From: the human T2T-CHM13v2.0 reference genome, Homo sapiens
Length of the DNA stretch: 64,000 nt
Assembly: GCF_009914755.1 (NCBI RefSeq)
Contig: NC_060937.1
Strand: one strand, 5' to 3'
Below, piece after piece: positions 1 to 12,238 of the stretch (positions within the stretch are counted from its first letter, which is position 1; each line of letters begins with the position of its first letter). A program made the translations under genes and the position numbers. Below the pieces are notes generated by a model. The model did no database searches and was not told the origin of the DNA. It was given only the letters and a program-made list of their open reading frames with translations.

Positions 1-173
1 AGATATTTACTTTTTCACCGTAGGCATCAAAGCGCTCCAAATGTCCACATCCAGATACTTCAGAAAGAGTGTTTCAAACCTGCTCTATGAAAGGGAATCT
101 TCAACTCTATGAGTTGAATGCAGACATCAGAAAGAAATTTCTGAGAATGCTGCTGTCTACCTTTTATTTGAAC

Positions 174-190
174 TCCCGCTTCCAACGAAA
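174..190 (-). promoter_or_regulatory. CENP-B box (intact; tetramer box 1, repeated in every module head)
   Basis: TCCCGCTTCCAACGAAA; reverse complement TTTCGTTGGAAGCGGGA matches nTTCGnnnnAnnCGGGn. Confidence 0.95.
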
Positions 191-513
191 TCCTCCAAGC
201 TATCCAAATATCCACTTGCATTTTCCACAAAAAGAGTGCTTCAAAACTGCTCTATCAATAAATGTTCAACTCCTTTAGCTGGGTGCACACATCACAAACA
301 AGTTTCTGAGAATGCTTCTGTCTAGTTTTTATGGGAAGACATTCCCTTTTTCACCAAAGGCATCAAAGCGCTCCAAATGTCCACTTCCAGACACTACAAA
401 AAGAGTGTTTCCAACGTGCTCTAAGAAAGCGAATGTTCAACTCTGTGACTTGAATGCAGATATCACAAAGTAGTTTCTGAGAGGGCTTCTGTCTAGATTT
501 TAGATGATGATAT

Positions 514-530
514 TCCCGTTTCCAACGAAA
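514..530 (-). promoter_or_regulatory. CENP-B box (intact; tetramer box 2)
   Basis: TCCCGTTTCCAACGAAA; reverse complement TTTCGTTGGAAACGGGA. Confidence 0.95.
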
Positions 531-851
531 TCATTAGAGCTATCCAAATATCCACTTACAGTTTCTACAAAAAGAGTGTTTCCAAACTGCTGCATCAAAA
601 GAGAGGTTCCACTCTGTTAGCTGAGTACACACATCACAAACTTGTTTCTGAGAATCCTTCTGTGTCGTTTTTATGGGAAGATATTTACTTTTTCACCGTA
701 GGCATCAAAGCGCTCCAAATGTCCACATCCAGATACTCCAGAAAGAGTGTTTCAAACCTGCTCTATGAAAGGGAATCTTCAACTCTATGAGTTGAATGCA
801 GACATCAGAAAGAAATTTCTGAGAATGCTGCTGTCTACCTTTTATTTGAAT

Positions 852-868
852 TCCCGCTTCCAACGAAA
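852..868 (-). promoter_or_regulatory. CENP-B box (intact; heptamer box 1)
   Basis: TCCCGCTTCCAACGAAA, overlapping the EcoRI site at 848-853. Confidence 0.95.
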
Positions 869-1024
869 TCCTCCAAGCTATCCAAATATCCACTTGCAGA
901 TTCCACAAAAAGAGTGTTTCAAAACTGCTCTCTATCAATGGCAAAGTTCAACTCTGTTAGTTGAGGACACATATCACCAACAAGTTTCTGAGAATGCTTC
1001 TGTCTATTTTTTATGGGAAGATAT

Positions 1025-1041
1025 TTCCTTTTTCACCGTAG
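1025..1041 (+). promoter_or_regulatory. pJalpha (A-box) motif of A-type monomer, once per heptamer
   Basis: TTCCTTTTTCACCGTAG matches the pJalpha consensus as I recall it (TTCCTTTTYCACCRTAG). It lies between B-box monomers, giving the A/B alternation of dimeric families. Confidence 0.75.
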
Positions 1042-1191
1042 GCGTCAAGGCGATCGAAATGTCCACTTCCACAAACTACAAAAAGAGTGTTTCAAACCTG
1101 CTCTACGAAAGGCCATGTTCATCTCTATGAGTCGAATGGAAATATCCGAAAGAAATTTCTGGGAATGCTGCTGTCTAGTTTTTATACGAAT

Positions 1192-1208
1192 TCCCGCTTC
1201 CAACGAAA
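1192..1208 (-). promoter_or_regulatory. CENP-B box (intact; heptamer box 2)
   Basis: TCCCGCTTCCAACGAAA, 340 bp after box 1. Confidence 0.95.
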
Positions 1209-1532
1209 TCCTCAAAGCAATCCAAATATCCACTTGCAGAATCCACAAAAAGAGTGTTTCAAAACTGCTCTATCAATAGAAAGGTTCAACTCTTTTAGTT
1301 GAGTACACACATCACAAACAAGTTTCTGAGAATGCTTCTGTCTGGCTTTTATTGGAAGACGTTTCCTTTTCACCAAAGGCATCAAAGCGCTCCAAATGTC
1401 CACTTCCAGATTCTTCCAAAAGAGTGTTTGAAACGTGCTCAAAGTAAGGGAATGTTCAACTCTGTGACTTGAATGCAGATATCACCAAGTAGTTTCTAAT
1501 AGTGCTTCTGTCTAGATTTTAGATGATGATAT

Positions 1533-1549
1533 TCCCGTTTCCAACGAAA
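1533..1549 (-). promoter_or_regulatory. CENP-B box (intact; heptamer box 3)
   Basis: TCCCGTTTCCAACGAAA, 341 bp after box 2. Confidence 0.95.
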
Positions 1550-1703
1550 TCGTTAGAGCTATCCAAATATCCACTTACAGTTTCTACAAAAAGAGTGTTT
1601 CCAAACTGCTGCATCAAAAGAAAGGTTCAACTCTGTTAGTTGAGGACACACGTCACAAAGAAGTTTGTGAGAATGCTTCTGTCTAGATTTTGTATGACCA
1701 TAT

Positions 1704-1720
1704 TCCCTTTTCCAGCGATA
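1704..1720 (-). promoter_or_regulatory. Degenerate (predicted non-binding) CENP-B box, once per heptamer
   Basis: Reverse complement TATCG(C/T)TGGAAAAGGGA: core positions 2 (T>A) and 13 (C>A) are altered. It lies only 171 bp after an intact box. Confidence 0.85.
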
Positions 1721-2548
1721 TCATTAAAGCAATCTAAATATCCATTTGCAGAATCCACAAAAATAGAGTTTCAAAGCTGCTCTGTAAAAAGAAAGGTTCC
1801 ACTCTGTTAGCTGAGTACACACATCACAAACTTGTTTCTCAGAATCCTTCTGTCTCGTTTTTATGGGAAGATATTTACTTTTTCACCGTAGGCATCAAAG
1901 CGCTCCAAATGTCCACATCCAGATACTCCAGAAAGAGTGTTTCAAACCTGCTCTATGAAAGGGAATCTTCAACTCTATGAGTTGAATGCAGACATCAGAA
2001 AGAAATTTCTGAGAATGCTGCTGTCTACCTTTTATTTGAATTCCCGCTTCCAACGAAATCCTCCAAGCTATCCAAATATCCACCTGCATTTTCCACAAAA
2101 AGAGCGTTTCAAAACTGCTCTATCAATAGAAATGTTCAACTCCTTTGGCTGGGTACACACATCACAAACAAGTTTCTGAGAATGCTTCTGTCTAGTTTTT
2201 ATGGGAAGACATTCCCTTTTTCACCAAAGGCATCAAAGCGCTCCAAATGTCCACTTCCAGACACTACAAAAAGAGTGTTTCCAACGTGCTCTAAGAAAGC
2301 GAATGTTCAACTCTGTGACTTGAATGCAGATATCACAAAGTAGTTTCTGAGAGGGCTTCTGTCTAGATTTTAGATGATGATATTCCCGTTTCCAACGAAA
2401 TCATTAGAGCTATCCAAATATCCACTTACAGTTTCTACAAAAAGAGTGTTTCCAAACTGCTGCATCAAAAGAGAGGTTCCACTCTGTTAGCTGAGTACAC
2501 ACATCACAAACTTGTTTCTCAGAATCCTTCTGTCTCGTTTTTCTGGGA

Positions 2549-3738
2549 AGATATTTACTTTTTCACCGTAGGCATCAAAGCGCTCCAAATGTCCACATCC
2601 AGATACTCCAGAAAGAGTGTTTCAAACCTGCTCTATGAAAGGGAATCTTCAACTCTATGAGTTGAATGCAGACATCAGAAAGAAATTTCTGAGAATGCTG
2701 CTGTCTACCTTTTATTTGAATTCCCGCTTCCAACGAAATCCTCCAAGCTATCCAAATATCCACTTGCAGATTCCACAAAAAGAGTGTTTCAAAACTGCTC
2801 TCTATCAATGGCAAAGTTCAACTCTGTTAGTTGAGGACACATATCACCAACAAGTTTCTGAGAATGCTTCTGTCTATTTTTTATGGGAAGATATTTCCTT
2901 TTTCACCGTAGGCGTCAAGGCGATCGAAATGTCCACTTCCACAAACTACAAAAAGAGTGTTTCAAACCTGCTCTATGAAAGGCCATGTTCATCTCTATGA
3001 GTCGAATGGAAATATCCGAAAGAAATTTCTGGGAATGCTGCTGTCTAGTTTTTATACGAATTCCCGCTTCCAACGAAATCCTCAAAGCAATCCAAATATC
3101 CACTTGCAGAATCCACAAAAAGAGTGTTTCAAAACTGCTCTATCAATAGAAAGGTTCAACTCTTTTAGTTGAGTACACACATCACAAACAAGTTTCTGAG
3201 AATGCTTCTGTCTGGCTTTTATTGGAAGACGTTTCCTTTTCACCAAAGGCATCAAAGCGCTCCAAATGTCCACTTCCAGATTCTTCCAAAAGAGTGTTTG
3301 AAACGTGCTCAAAGTAAGGGAATGTTCAACTCTGTGACTTGAATGCAGATATCACCAAGTAGTTTCTAATAGTGCTTCTGTCTAGATTTTAGATGATGAT
3401 ATTCCCGTTTCCAACGAAATCGTTAGAGCTATCCAAATATCCACTTACAGTTGCTACAAAAACAGTGTTTCCAAACTGCTGCATCAAAAGAAAGGTTCAA
3501 CTCTGTTAGTTGAGGACACACGTCACAAAGAAGTTTGTGAGAATGCTTCTGTCTAGATTTTGTATGACGATATTCCCTTTTCCAACGATATCGTTAAAGC
3601 AATCTAAATATCCATTTGCAGAATCCACAAAAATAGAGTTTCAAAGCTGCTCTGTAAAAAGAAAGGTTCCACTCTGTTAGCTGAGTACACACATCACAAA
3701 CTTGTTTCTCAGAATCCTTCTGTCTCGTTTTTATGGGA
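2549..3738 (-). repeat. Representative 7-mer HOR variant (1190 bp)
   Basis: Followed directly by near-identical 1190-bp copies at 3739 and 4929. Contains three intact CENP-B boxes and one degenerate box. Confidence 0.93.
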
Positions 3739-6700
3739 AGATATTTACTTTTTCACCGTAGGCATCAAAGCGCTCCAAATGTCCACATCCAGATACTCCA
3801 GAAAGAGTGTTTCAAACCTGCTCTATGAAAGGGAATCTTCAACTCTATGAGTTGAATGCAGACATCAGAAAGAAATTTCTGAGAATGCTGCTGTCTACCT
3901 TTTATTTGAATTCCCGCTTCCAACGAAATCCTCCAAGCTATCCAAATATCCACTTGCAGATTCCACAAAAAGAGTGTTTCAAAACTGCTCTCTATCAATG
4001 GCAAAGTTCAACTCTGTTAGTTGAGGACACATATCACCAACAAGTTTCTGAGAATGCTTCTGTCTATTTTTTATGGGAAGATATTTCCTTTTTCACCGTA
4101 GGCGTCAAGGCGATCGAAATGTCCACTTCCACAAACTACAAAAAGAGTGTTTCAAACCTGCTCTATGAAAGGCCATGTTCATCTCTATGAGTCGAATGGA
4201 AATATCCGAAAGAAATTTCTGGGAATGCTGCTGTCTAGTTTTTATACGAATTCCCGCTTCCAACGAAATCCTCAAAGCAATCCAAATATCCACTTGCAGA
4301 ATCCACAAAAAGAGTGTTTCAAAACTGCTCTATCAATAGAAAGGTTCAACTCTTTTAGTTGAGTACACACATCACAAACAAGTTTCTGAGAATGCTTCTG
4401 TCTGGCTTTTATTGGAAGACGTTTCCTTTTCACCAAAGGCATCAAAGCGCTCCAAATGTCCACTTCCAGATTCTTCCAAAAGAGTGTTTGAAACGTGCTC
4501 AAAGTAAGGGAATGTTCAACTCTGTGACTTGAATGCAGATATCACCAAGTAGTTTCTAATAGTGCTTCTGTCTAGATTTTAGATGATGATATTCCCGTTT
4601 CCAACGAAATCGTTAGAGCTATCCAAATATCCACTTACAGTTGCTACAAAAACAGTGTTTCCAAACTGCTGCATCAAAAGAAAGGTTCAACTCTGTTAGT
4701 TGAGGACACACGTCACAAAGAAGTTTGTGAGAATGCTTCTGTCTAGATTTTGTATGACGATATTCCCTTTTCCAACGATATCGTTAAAGCAATCTAAATA
4801 TCCATTTGCAGAATCCACAAAAATAGAGTTTCAAAGCTGCTCTGTAAAAAGAAAGGTTCCACTCTGTTAGCTGAGTACACACATCACAAACTTGTTTCTC
4901 AGAATCCTTCTGTCTCGTTTTTCTGGGAAGATATTTACTTTTTCACCGTAGGCATCAAAGCGCTCCAAATGTCCACATCCAGATACTCCAGAAAGAGTGT
5001 TTCAAACCTGCTCTATGAAAGGGAATCTTCAACTCTATGAGTTGAATGCAGACATCAGAAAGAAATTTCTGAGAATGCTGCTGTCTACCTTTTATTTGAA
5101 TTCCCGCTTCCAACGAAATCCTCCAAGCTATCCAAATATCCACTTGCAGATTCCACAAAAAGAGTGTTTCAAAACTGCTCTCTATCAATGGCAAAGTTCA
5201 ACTCTGTTAGTTGAGGACACATATCACCAACAAGTTTCTGAGAATGCTTCTGTCTATTTTTTATGGGAAGATATTTCCTTTTTCACCGTAGGCGTCAAGG
5301 CGATCGAAATGTCCACTTCCACAAACTACAAAAAGAGTGTTTCAAACCTGCTCTATGAAAGGCCATGTTCATCTCTATGAGTCGAATGGAAATATCCGAA
5401 AGAAATTTCTGGGAATGCTGCTGTCTAGTTTTTATACGAATTCCCGCTTCCAACGAAATCCTCAAAGCAATCCAAATATCCACTTGCAGAATCCACAAAA
5501 AGAGTGTTTCAAAACTGCTCTATCAATAGAAAGGTTCAACTCTTTTAGTTGAGTACACACATCACAAACAAGTTTCTGAGAATGCTTCTGTCTGGCTTTT
5601 ATTGGAAGACGTTTCCTTTTCACCAAAGGCATCAAAGCGCTCCAAATGTCCACTTCCAGATTCTTCCAAAAGAGTGTTTGAAACGTGCTCAAAGTAAGGG
5701 AATGTTCAACTCTGTGACTTGAATGCAGATATCACCAAGTAGTTTCTAATAGTGCTTCTGTCTAGATTTTAGATGATGATATTCCCGTTTCCAACGAAAT
5801 CGTTAGAGCTATCCAAATATCCACTTACAGTTTCTACAAAAAGAGTGTTTCCAAACTGCTGCATCAAAAGAAAGGTTCAACTCTGTTAGTTGAGGACACA
5901 CATCACAAAGAAGTTTGTGAGAATGCTTCTGTCTAGATTTTGTATGACCATATTCCCTTTTCCAGCGATATCATTAAAGCAATCTAAATATCCATTTGCA
6001 GAATCCACAAAAATAGAGTTTCAAAGCTGCTCTGTAAAAAGAAAGGTTCCACTCTGTTAGCTGAGTACACACATCACAAACTTGTTTCTGAGAATCCTTC
6101 TGTCTCGTTTTTCTGGGAAGATATTTACTTTTTCACCGTAGGCATCAAAGCGCTCCAAATGTCCACATCCAGATACTCCAGAAAGAGTGTTTCAAACCTG
6201 CTCTATGAAAGGGAATCTTCAACTCTATGAGTTGAATGCAGACATCAGAAAGAAATTTCTGAGAATGCTGCTGTCTACCTTTTATTTGAATTCCCGCTTC
6301 CAACGAAATCCTCCAAGCTATCCAAATATCCACCTGCATTTTCCACAAAAAGAGCGTTTCAAAACTGCTCTATCAATAGAAATGTTCAACTCCTTTGGCT
6401 GGGTACACACATCACAAACAAGTTTCTGAGAATGCTTCTGTCTAGTTTTTATGGGAAGACATTCCCTTTTTCACCAAAGGCATCAAAGCGCTCCAAATGT
6501 CCACTTCCAGACACTACAAAAAGAGTGTTTCCAACGTGCTCTAAGAAAGCGAATGTTCAACTCTGTGACTTGAATGCAGATATCACAAAGTAGTTTCTGA
6601 GAGGGCTTCTGTCTAGATTTTAGATGATGATATTCCCGTTTCCAACGAAATCATTAGAGCTATCCAAATATCCACTTACAGTTTCTACAAAAAGAGTGTT

Positions 6701-9700
6701 TCCAAACTGCTGCATCAAAAGAGAGGTTCCACTCTGTTAGCTGAGTACACACATCACAAACTTGTTTCTCAGAATCCTTCTGTCTCGTTTTTCTGGGAAG
6801 ATATTTACTTTTTCACCGTAGGCATCAAAGCGCTCCAAATGTCCACATCCAGATACTCCAGAAAGAGTGTTTCAAACCTGCTCTATGAAAGGGAATCTTC
6901 AACTCTATGAGTTGAATGCAGACATCAGAAAGAAATTTCTGAGAATGCTGCTGTCTACCTTTTATTTGAATTCCCGCTTCCAACGAAATCCTCCAAGCTA
7001 TCCAAATATCCACTTGCAGATTCCACAAAAAGAGTGTTTCAAAACTGCTCTCTATCAATGGCAAAGTTCAACTCTGTTAGTTGAGGACACATATCACCAA
7101 CAAGTTTCTGAGAATGCTTCTGTCTATTTTTTATGGGAAGATATTTCCTTTTTCACCGTAGGCGTCAAGGCGATCGAAATGTCCACTTCCACAAACTACA
7201 AAAAGAGTGTTTCAAACCTGCTCTATGAAAGGCCATGTTCATCTCTATGAGTCGAATGGAAATATCCGAAAGAAATTTCTGGGAATGCTGCTGTCTAGTT
7301 TTTATACGAATTCCCGCTTCCAACGAAATCCTCAAAGCAATCCAAATATCCACTTGCAGAATCCACAAAAAGAGTGTTTCAAAACTGCTCTATCAATAGA
7401 AAGGTTCAACTCTTTTAGTTGAGTACACACATCACAAACAAGTTTCTGAGAATGCTTCTGTCTGGCTTTTATTGGAAGACGTTTCCTTTTCACCAAAGGC
7501 ATCAAAGCGCTCCAAATGTCCACTTCCAGATTCTTCCAAAAGAGTGTTTGAAACGTGCTCAAAGTAAGGGAATGTTCAACTCTGTGACTTGAATGCAGAT
7601 ATCACCAAGTAGTTTCTAATAGTGCTTCTGTCTAGATTTTAGATGATGATATTCCCGTTTCCAACGAAATCGTTAGAGCTATCCAAATATCCACTTACAG
7701 TTGCTACAAAAAGAGTGTTTCCAAACTGCTGCATCAAAAGAAAGGTTCAACTCTGTTAGTTGAGGACACACGTCACAAAGAAGTTTGTGAGAATGCTTCT
7801 GTCTAGATTTTGTATGACGATATTCCCTTTTCCAACGATATCGTTAAAGCAATCTAAATATCCATTTGCAGAATCCACAAAAATAGAGTTTCAAAGCTGC
7901 TCTGTAAAAAGAAAGGTTCCACTCTGTTAGCTGAGTACACACATCACAAACTTGTTTCTCAGAATCCTTCTGTCTCGTTTTTCTGGGAAGATATTTACTT
8001 TCTCACCGTAGGCATCAAAGCGCTCCAAATGTCCACATCCAGATACTCCAGAAAGAGTGTTTCAAACCTGCTCTATGAAAGGGAATCTTCAACTCTATGA
8101 GTTGAATGCAGACATCAGAAAGAAATTTCTGAGAATGCTGCTGTCTACCTTTTATTTGAATTCCCGCTTCCAACGAAATCCTCCAAGCTATCCAAATATC
8201 CACTTGCAGATTCCACAAAAAGAGTGTTTCAAAACTGCTCTCTATCAATGGCAAAGTTCAACTCTGTTAGTTGAGGACACATATCACCAACAAGTTTCTG
8301 AGAATGCTTCTGTCTATTTTTTATGGGAAGATATTTCCTTTTTCACCGTAGGCGTCAAGGCGATCGAAATGTCCACTTCCACAAACTACAAAAAGAGTGT
8401 TTCAAACCTGCTCTATGAAAGGCCATGTTCATCTCTATGAGTCGAATGGAAATATCCGAAAGAAATTTCTGGGAATGCTGCTGTCTAGTTTTTATACGAA
8501 TTCCCGCTTCCAACGAAATCCTCAAAGCAATCCAAATATCCACTTGCAGAATCCACAAAAAGAGTGTTTCAAAACTGCTCTATCAATAGAAAGGTTCAAC
8601 TCTTTTAGTTGAGTACACACATCACAAACAAGTTTCTGAGAATGCTTCTGTCTGGCTTTTATTGGAAGACGTTTCCTTTTCACCAAAGGCATCAAAGCGC
8701 TCCAAATGTCCACTTCCAGATTCTTCCAAAAGAGTGTTTGAAACGTGCTCAAAGTAAGGGAATGTTCAACTCTGTGACTTGAATGCAGATATCACCAAGT
8801 AGTTTCTAATAGTGCTTCTGTCTAGATTTTAGATGATGATATTCCCGTTTCCAACGAAATCGTTAGAGCTATCCAAATATCCACTTACAGTTTCTACAAA
8901 AAGAGTGTTTCCAAACTGCTGCATCAAAAGAAAGGTTCAACTCTGTTAGTTGAGGACACACATCACAAAGAAGTTTGTGAGAATGCTTCTGTCTAGATTT
9001 TGTATGACCATATTCCCTTTTCCAGCGATATCATTAAAGCAATCTAAATATCCATTTGCAGAATCCACAAAAATAGAGTTTCAAAGCTGCTCTGTAAAAA
9101 GAAAGGTTCCACTCTGTTAGCTGAGTACACACATCACAAACTTGTTTCTCAGAATCCTTCTGTCTCGTTTTTCTGGGAAGATATTTACTTTTTCACCGTA
9201 GGCATCAAAGCGCTCCAAATGTCCACATCCAGATACTCCAGAAAGAGTGTTTCAAACCTGCTCTATGAAAGGGAATCTTCAACTCTATGAGTTGAATGCA
9301 GACATCAGAAAGAAATTTCTGAGAATGCTGCTGTCTACCTTTTATTTGAATTCCCGCTTCCAACGAAATCCTCCAAGCTATCCAAATATCCACTTGCAGA
9401 TTCCACAAAAAGAGTGTTTCAAAACTGCTCTCTATCAATGGCAAAGTTCAACTCTGTTAGTTGAGGACACATATCACCAACAAGTTTCTGAGAATGCTTC
9501 TGTCTATTTTTTATGGGAAGATATTTCCTTTTTCACCGTAGGCGTCAAGGCGATCGAAATGTCCACTTCCACAAACTACAAAAAGAGTGTTTCAAACCTG
9601 CTCTATGAAAGGCCATGTTCATCTCTATGAGTCGAATGGAAATATCCGAAAGAAATTTCTGGGAATGCTGCTGTCTAGTTTTTATACGAATTCCCGCTTC

Positions 9701-12238
9701 CAACGAAATCCTCAAAGCAATCCAAATATCCACTTGCAGAATCCACAAAAAGAGTGTTTCAAAACTGCTCTATCAATAGAAAGGTTCAACTCTTTTAGTT
9801 GAGTACACACATCACAAACAAGTTTCTGAGAATGCTTCTGTCTGGCTTTTATTGGAAGACGTTTCCTTTTCACCAAAGGCATCAAAGCGCTCCAAATGTC
9901 CACTTCCAGATTCTTCCAAAAGAGTGTTTGAAACGTGCTCAAAGTAAGGGAATGTTCAACTCTGTGACTTGAATGCAGATATCACCAAGTAGTTTCTAAT
10001 AGTGCTTCTGTCTAGATTTTAGATGATGATATTCCCGTTTCCAACGAAATCGTTAGAGCTATCCAAATATCCACTTACAGTTTCTACAAAAAGAGTGTTT
10101 CCAAACTGCTGCATCAAAAGAAAGGTTCAACTCTGTTAGTTGAGGACACACATCACAAAGAAGTTTGTGAGAATGCTTCTGTCTAGATTTTGTATGACCA
10201 TATTCCCTTTTCCAGCGATATCATTAAAGCAATCTAAATATCCATTTGCAGAATCCACAAAAATAGAGTTTCAAAGCTGCTCTGTAAAAAGAAAGGTTCC
10301 ACTCTGTTAGCTGAGTACACACATCACAAACTTGTTTCTGAGAATCCTTCTGTCTCGTTTTTCTGGGAAGATATTTACTTTTTCACCGTAGGCATCAAAG
10401 CGCTCCAAATGTCCACATCCAGATACTCCAGAAAGAGTGTTTCAAACCTGCTCTATGAAAGGGAATCTTCAACTCTATGAGTTGAATGCAGACATCAGAA
10501 AGAAATTTCTGAGAATGCTGCTGTCTACCTTTTATTTGAATTCCCGCTTCCAACGAAATCCTCCAAGCTATCCAAATATCCACCTGCATTTTCCACAAAA
10601 AGAGCGTTTCAAAACTGCTCTATCAATAGAAATGTTCAACTCCTTTGGCTGGGTACACACATCACAAACAAGTTTCTGAGAATGCTTCTGTCTAGTTTTT
10701 ATGGGAAGACATTCCCTTTTTCACCAAAGGCATCAAAGCGCTCCAAATGTCCACTTCCAGACACTACAAAAAGAGTGTTTCCAACGTGCTCTAAGAAAGC
10801 GAATGTTCAACTCTGTGACTTGAATGCAGATATCACAAAGTAGTTTCTGAGAGGGCTTCTGTCTAGATTTTAGATGATGATATTCCCGTTTCCAACGAAA
10901 TCATTAGAGCTATCCAAATATCCACTTACAGTTTCTACAAAAAGAGTGTTTCCAAACTGCTGCATCAAAAGAGAGGTTCCACTCTGTTAGCTGAGTACAC
11001 ACATCACAAACTTGTTTCTCAGAATCCTTCTGTCTCGTTTTTCTGGGAAGATATTTACTTTTTCACCGTAGGCATCAAAGCGCTCCAAATGTCCACATCC
11101 AGATACTCCAGAAAGAGTGTTTCAAACCTGCTCTATGAAAGGGAATCTTCAACTCTATGAGTTGAATGCAGACATCAGAAAGAAATTTCTGAGAATGCTG
11201 CTGTCTACCTTTTATTTGAATTCCCGCTTCCAACGAAATCCTCCAAGCTATCCAAATATCCACTTGCAGATTCCACAAAAAGAGTGTTTCAAAACTGCTC
11301 TCTATCAATGGCAAAGTTCAACTCTGTTAGTTGAGGACACATATCACCAACAAGTTTCTGAGAATGCTTCTGTCTATTTTTTATGGGAAGATATTTCCTT
11401 TTTCACCGTAGGCGTCAAGGCGATCGAAATGTCCACTTCCACAAACTACAAAAAGAGTGTTTCAAACCTGCTCTATGAAAGGCCATGTTCATCTCTATGA
11501 GTCGAATGGAAATATCCGAAAGAAATTTCTGGGAATGCTGCTGTCTAGTTTTTATACGAATTCCCGCTTCCAACGAAATCCTCAAAGCAATCCAAATATC
11601 CACTTGCAGAATCCACAAAAAGAGTGTTTCAAAACTGCTCTATCAATAGAAAGGTTCAACTCTTTTAGTTGAGTACACACATCACAAACAAGTTTCTGAG
11701 AATGCTTCTGTCTGGCTTTTATTGGAAGACGTTTCCTTTTCACCAAAGGCATCAAAGCGCTCCAAATGTCCACTTCCAGATTCTTCCAAAAGAGTGTTTG
11801 AAACGTGCTCAAAGTAAGGGAATGTTCAACTCTGTGACTTGAATGCAGATATCACCAAGTAGTTTCTAATAGTGCTTCTGTCTAGATTTTAGATGATGAT
11901 ATTCCCGTTTCCAACGAAATCGTTAGAGCTATCCAAATATCCACTTACAGTTGCTACAAAAAGAGTGTTTCCAAACTGCTGCATCAAAAGAAAGGTTCAA
12001 CTCTGTTAGTTGAGGACACACATCACAAAGAAGTTTGTGAGAATGCTTCTGTCTAGATTTTGTATGACCATATTCCCTTTTCCAGCGATATCATTAAAGC
12101 AATCTAAATATCCATTTGCAGAATCCACAAAAATAGAGTTTCAAAGCTGCTCTGTAAAAAGAAAGGTTCCACTCTGTTAGCTGAGTACACACATCACAAA
12201 CTTGTTTCTCAGAATCCTTCTGTCTCGTTTTTATGGGA

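Larger units (their letters stand above)
1..678 (-). repeat. 678-bp tetramer module (deletion haplotype), copy 1
   Basis: aataaatg instead of aatagaaatg (2-bp deletion), gaactc instead of gaattc, and gtgcac. Anchor spacing 69 to 747 is 678. Confidence 0.9.
679..2548 (-). repeat. Representative canonical 11-mer HOR unit (1870 bp = 1190-bp heptamer + 680-bp tetramer)
   Basis: Anchor motif recurs at 747, 1937 and 2617. EcoRI sites at 848, 1188, 2038 and 2718 give 340, 850 and 680 bp fragments. Five intact CENP-B boxes per unit. Confidence 0.93.

Noticed and set aside
1051-1056. CGATCG (PvuI) palindrome once per heptamer
   Set aside because: A chance 6-mer. It is useful for sizing HOR variants (1190 vs 1868/1870 bp) but is not evidence of function.
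1013-1279. Unique 88-aa ORF present only once
   Set aside because: It is created by one private T>C at 1106 that removes a TGA stop; there is no evidence of function.
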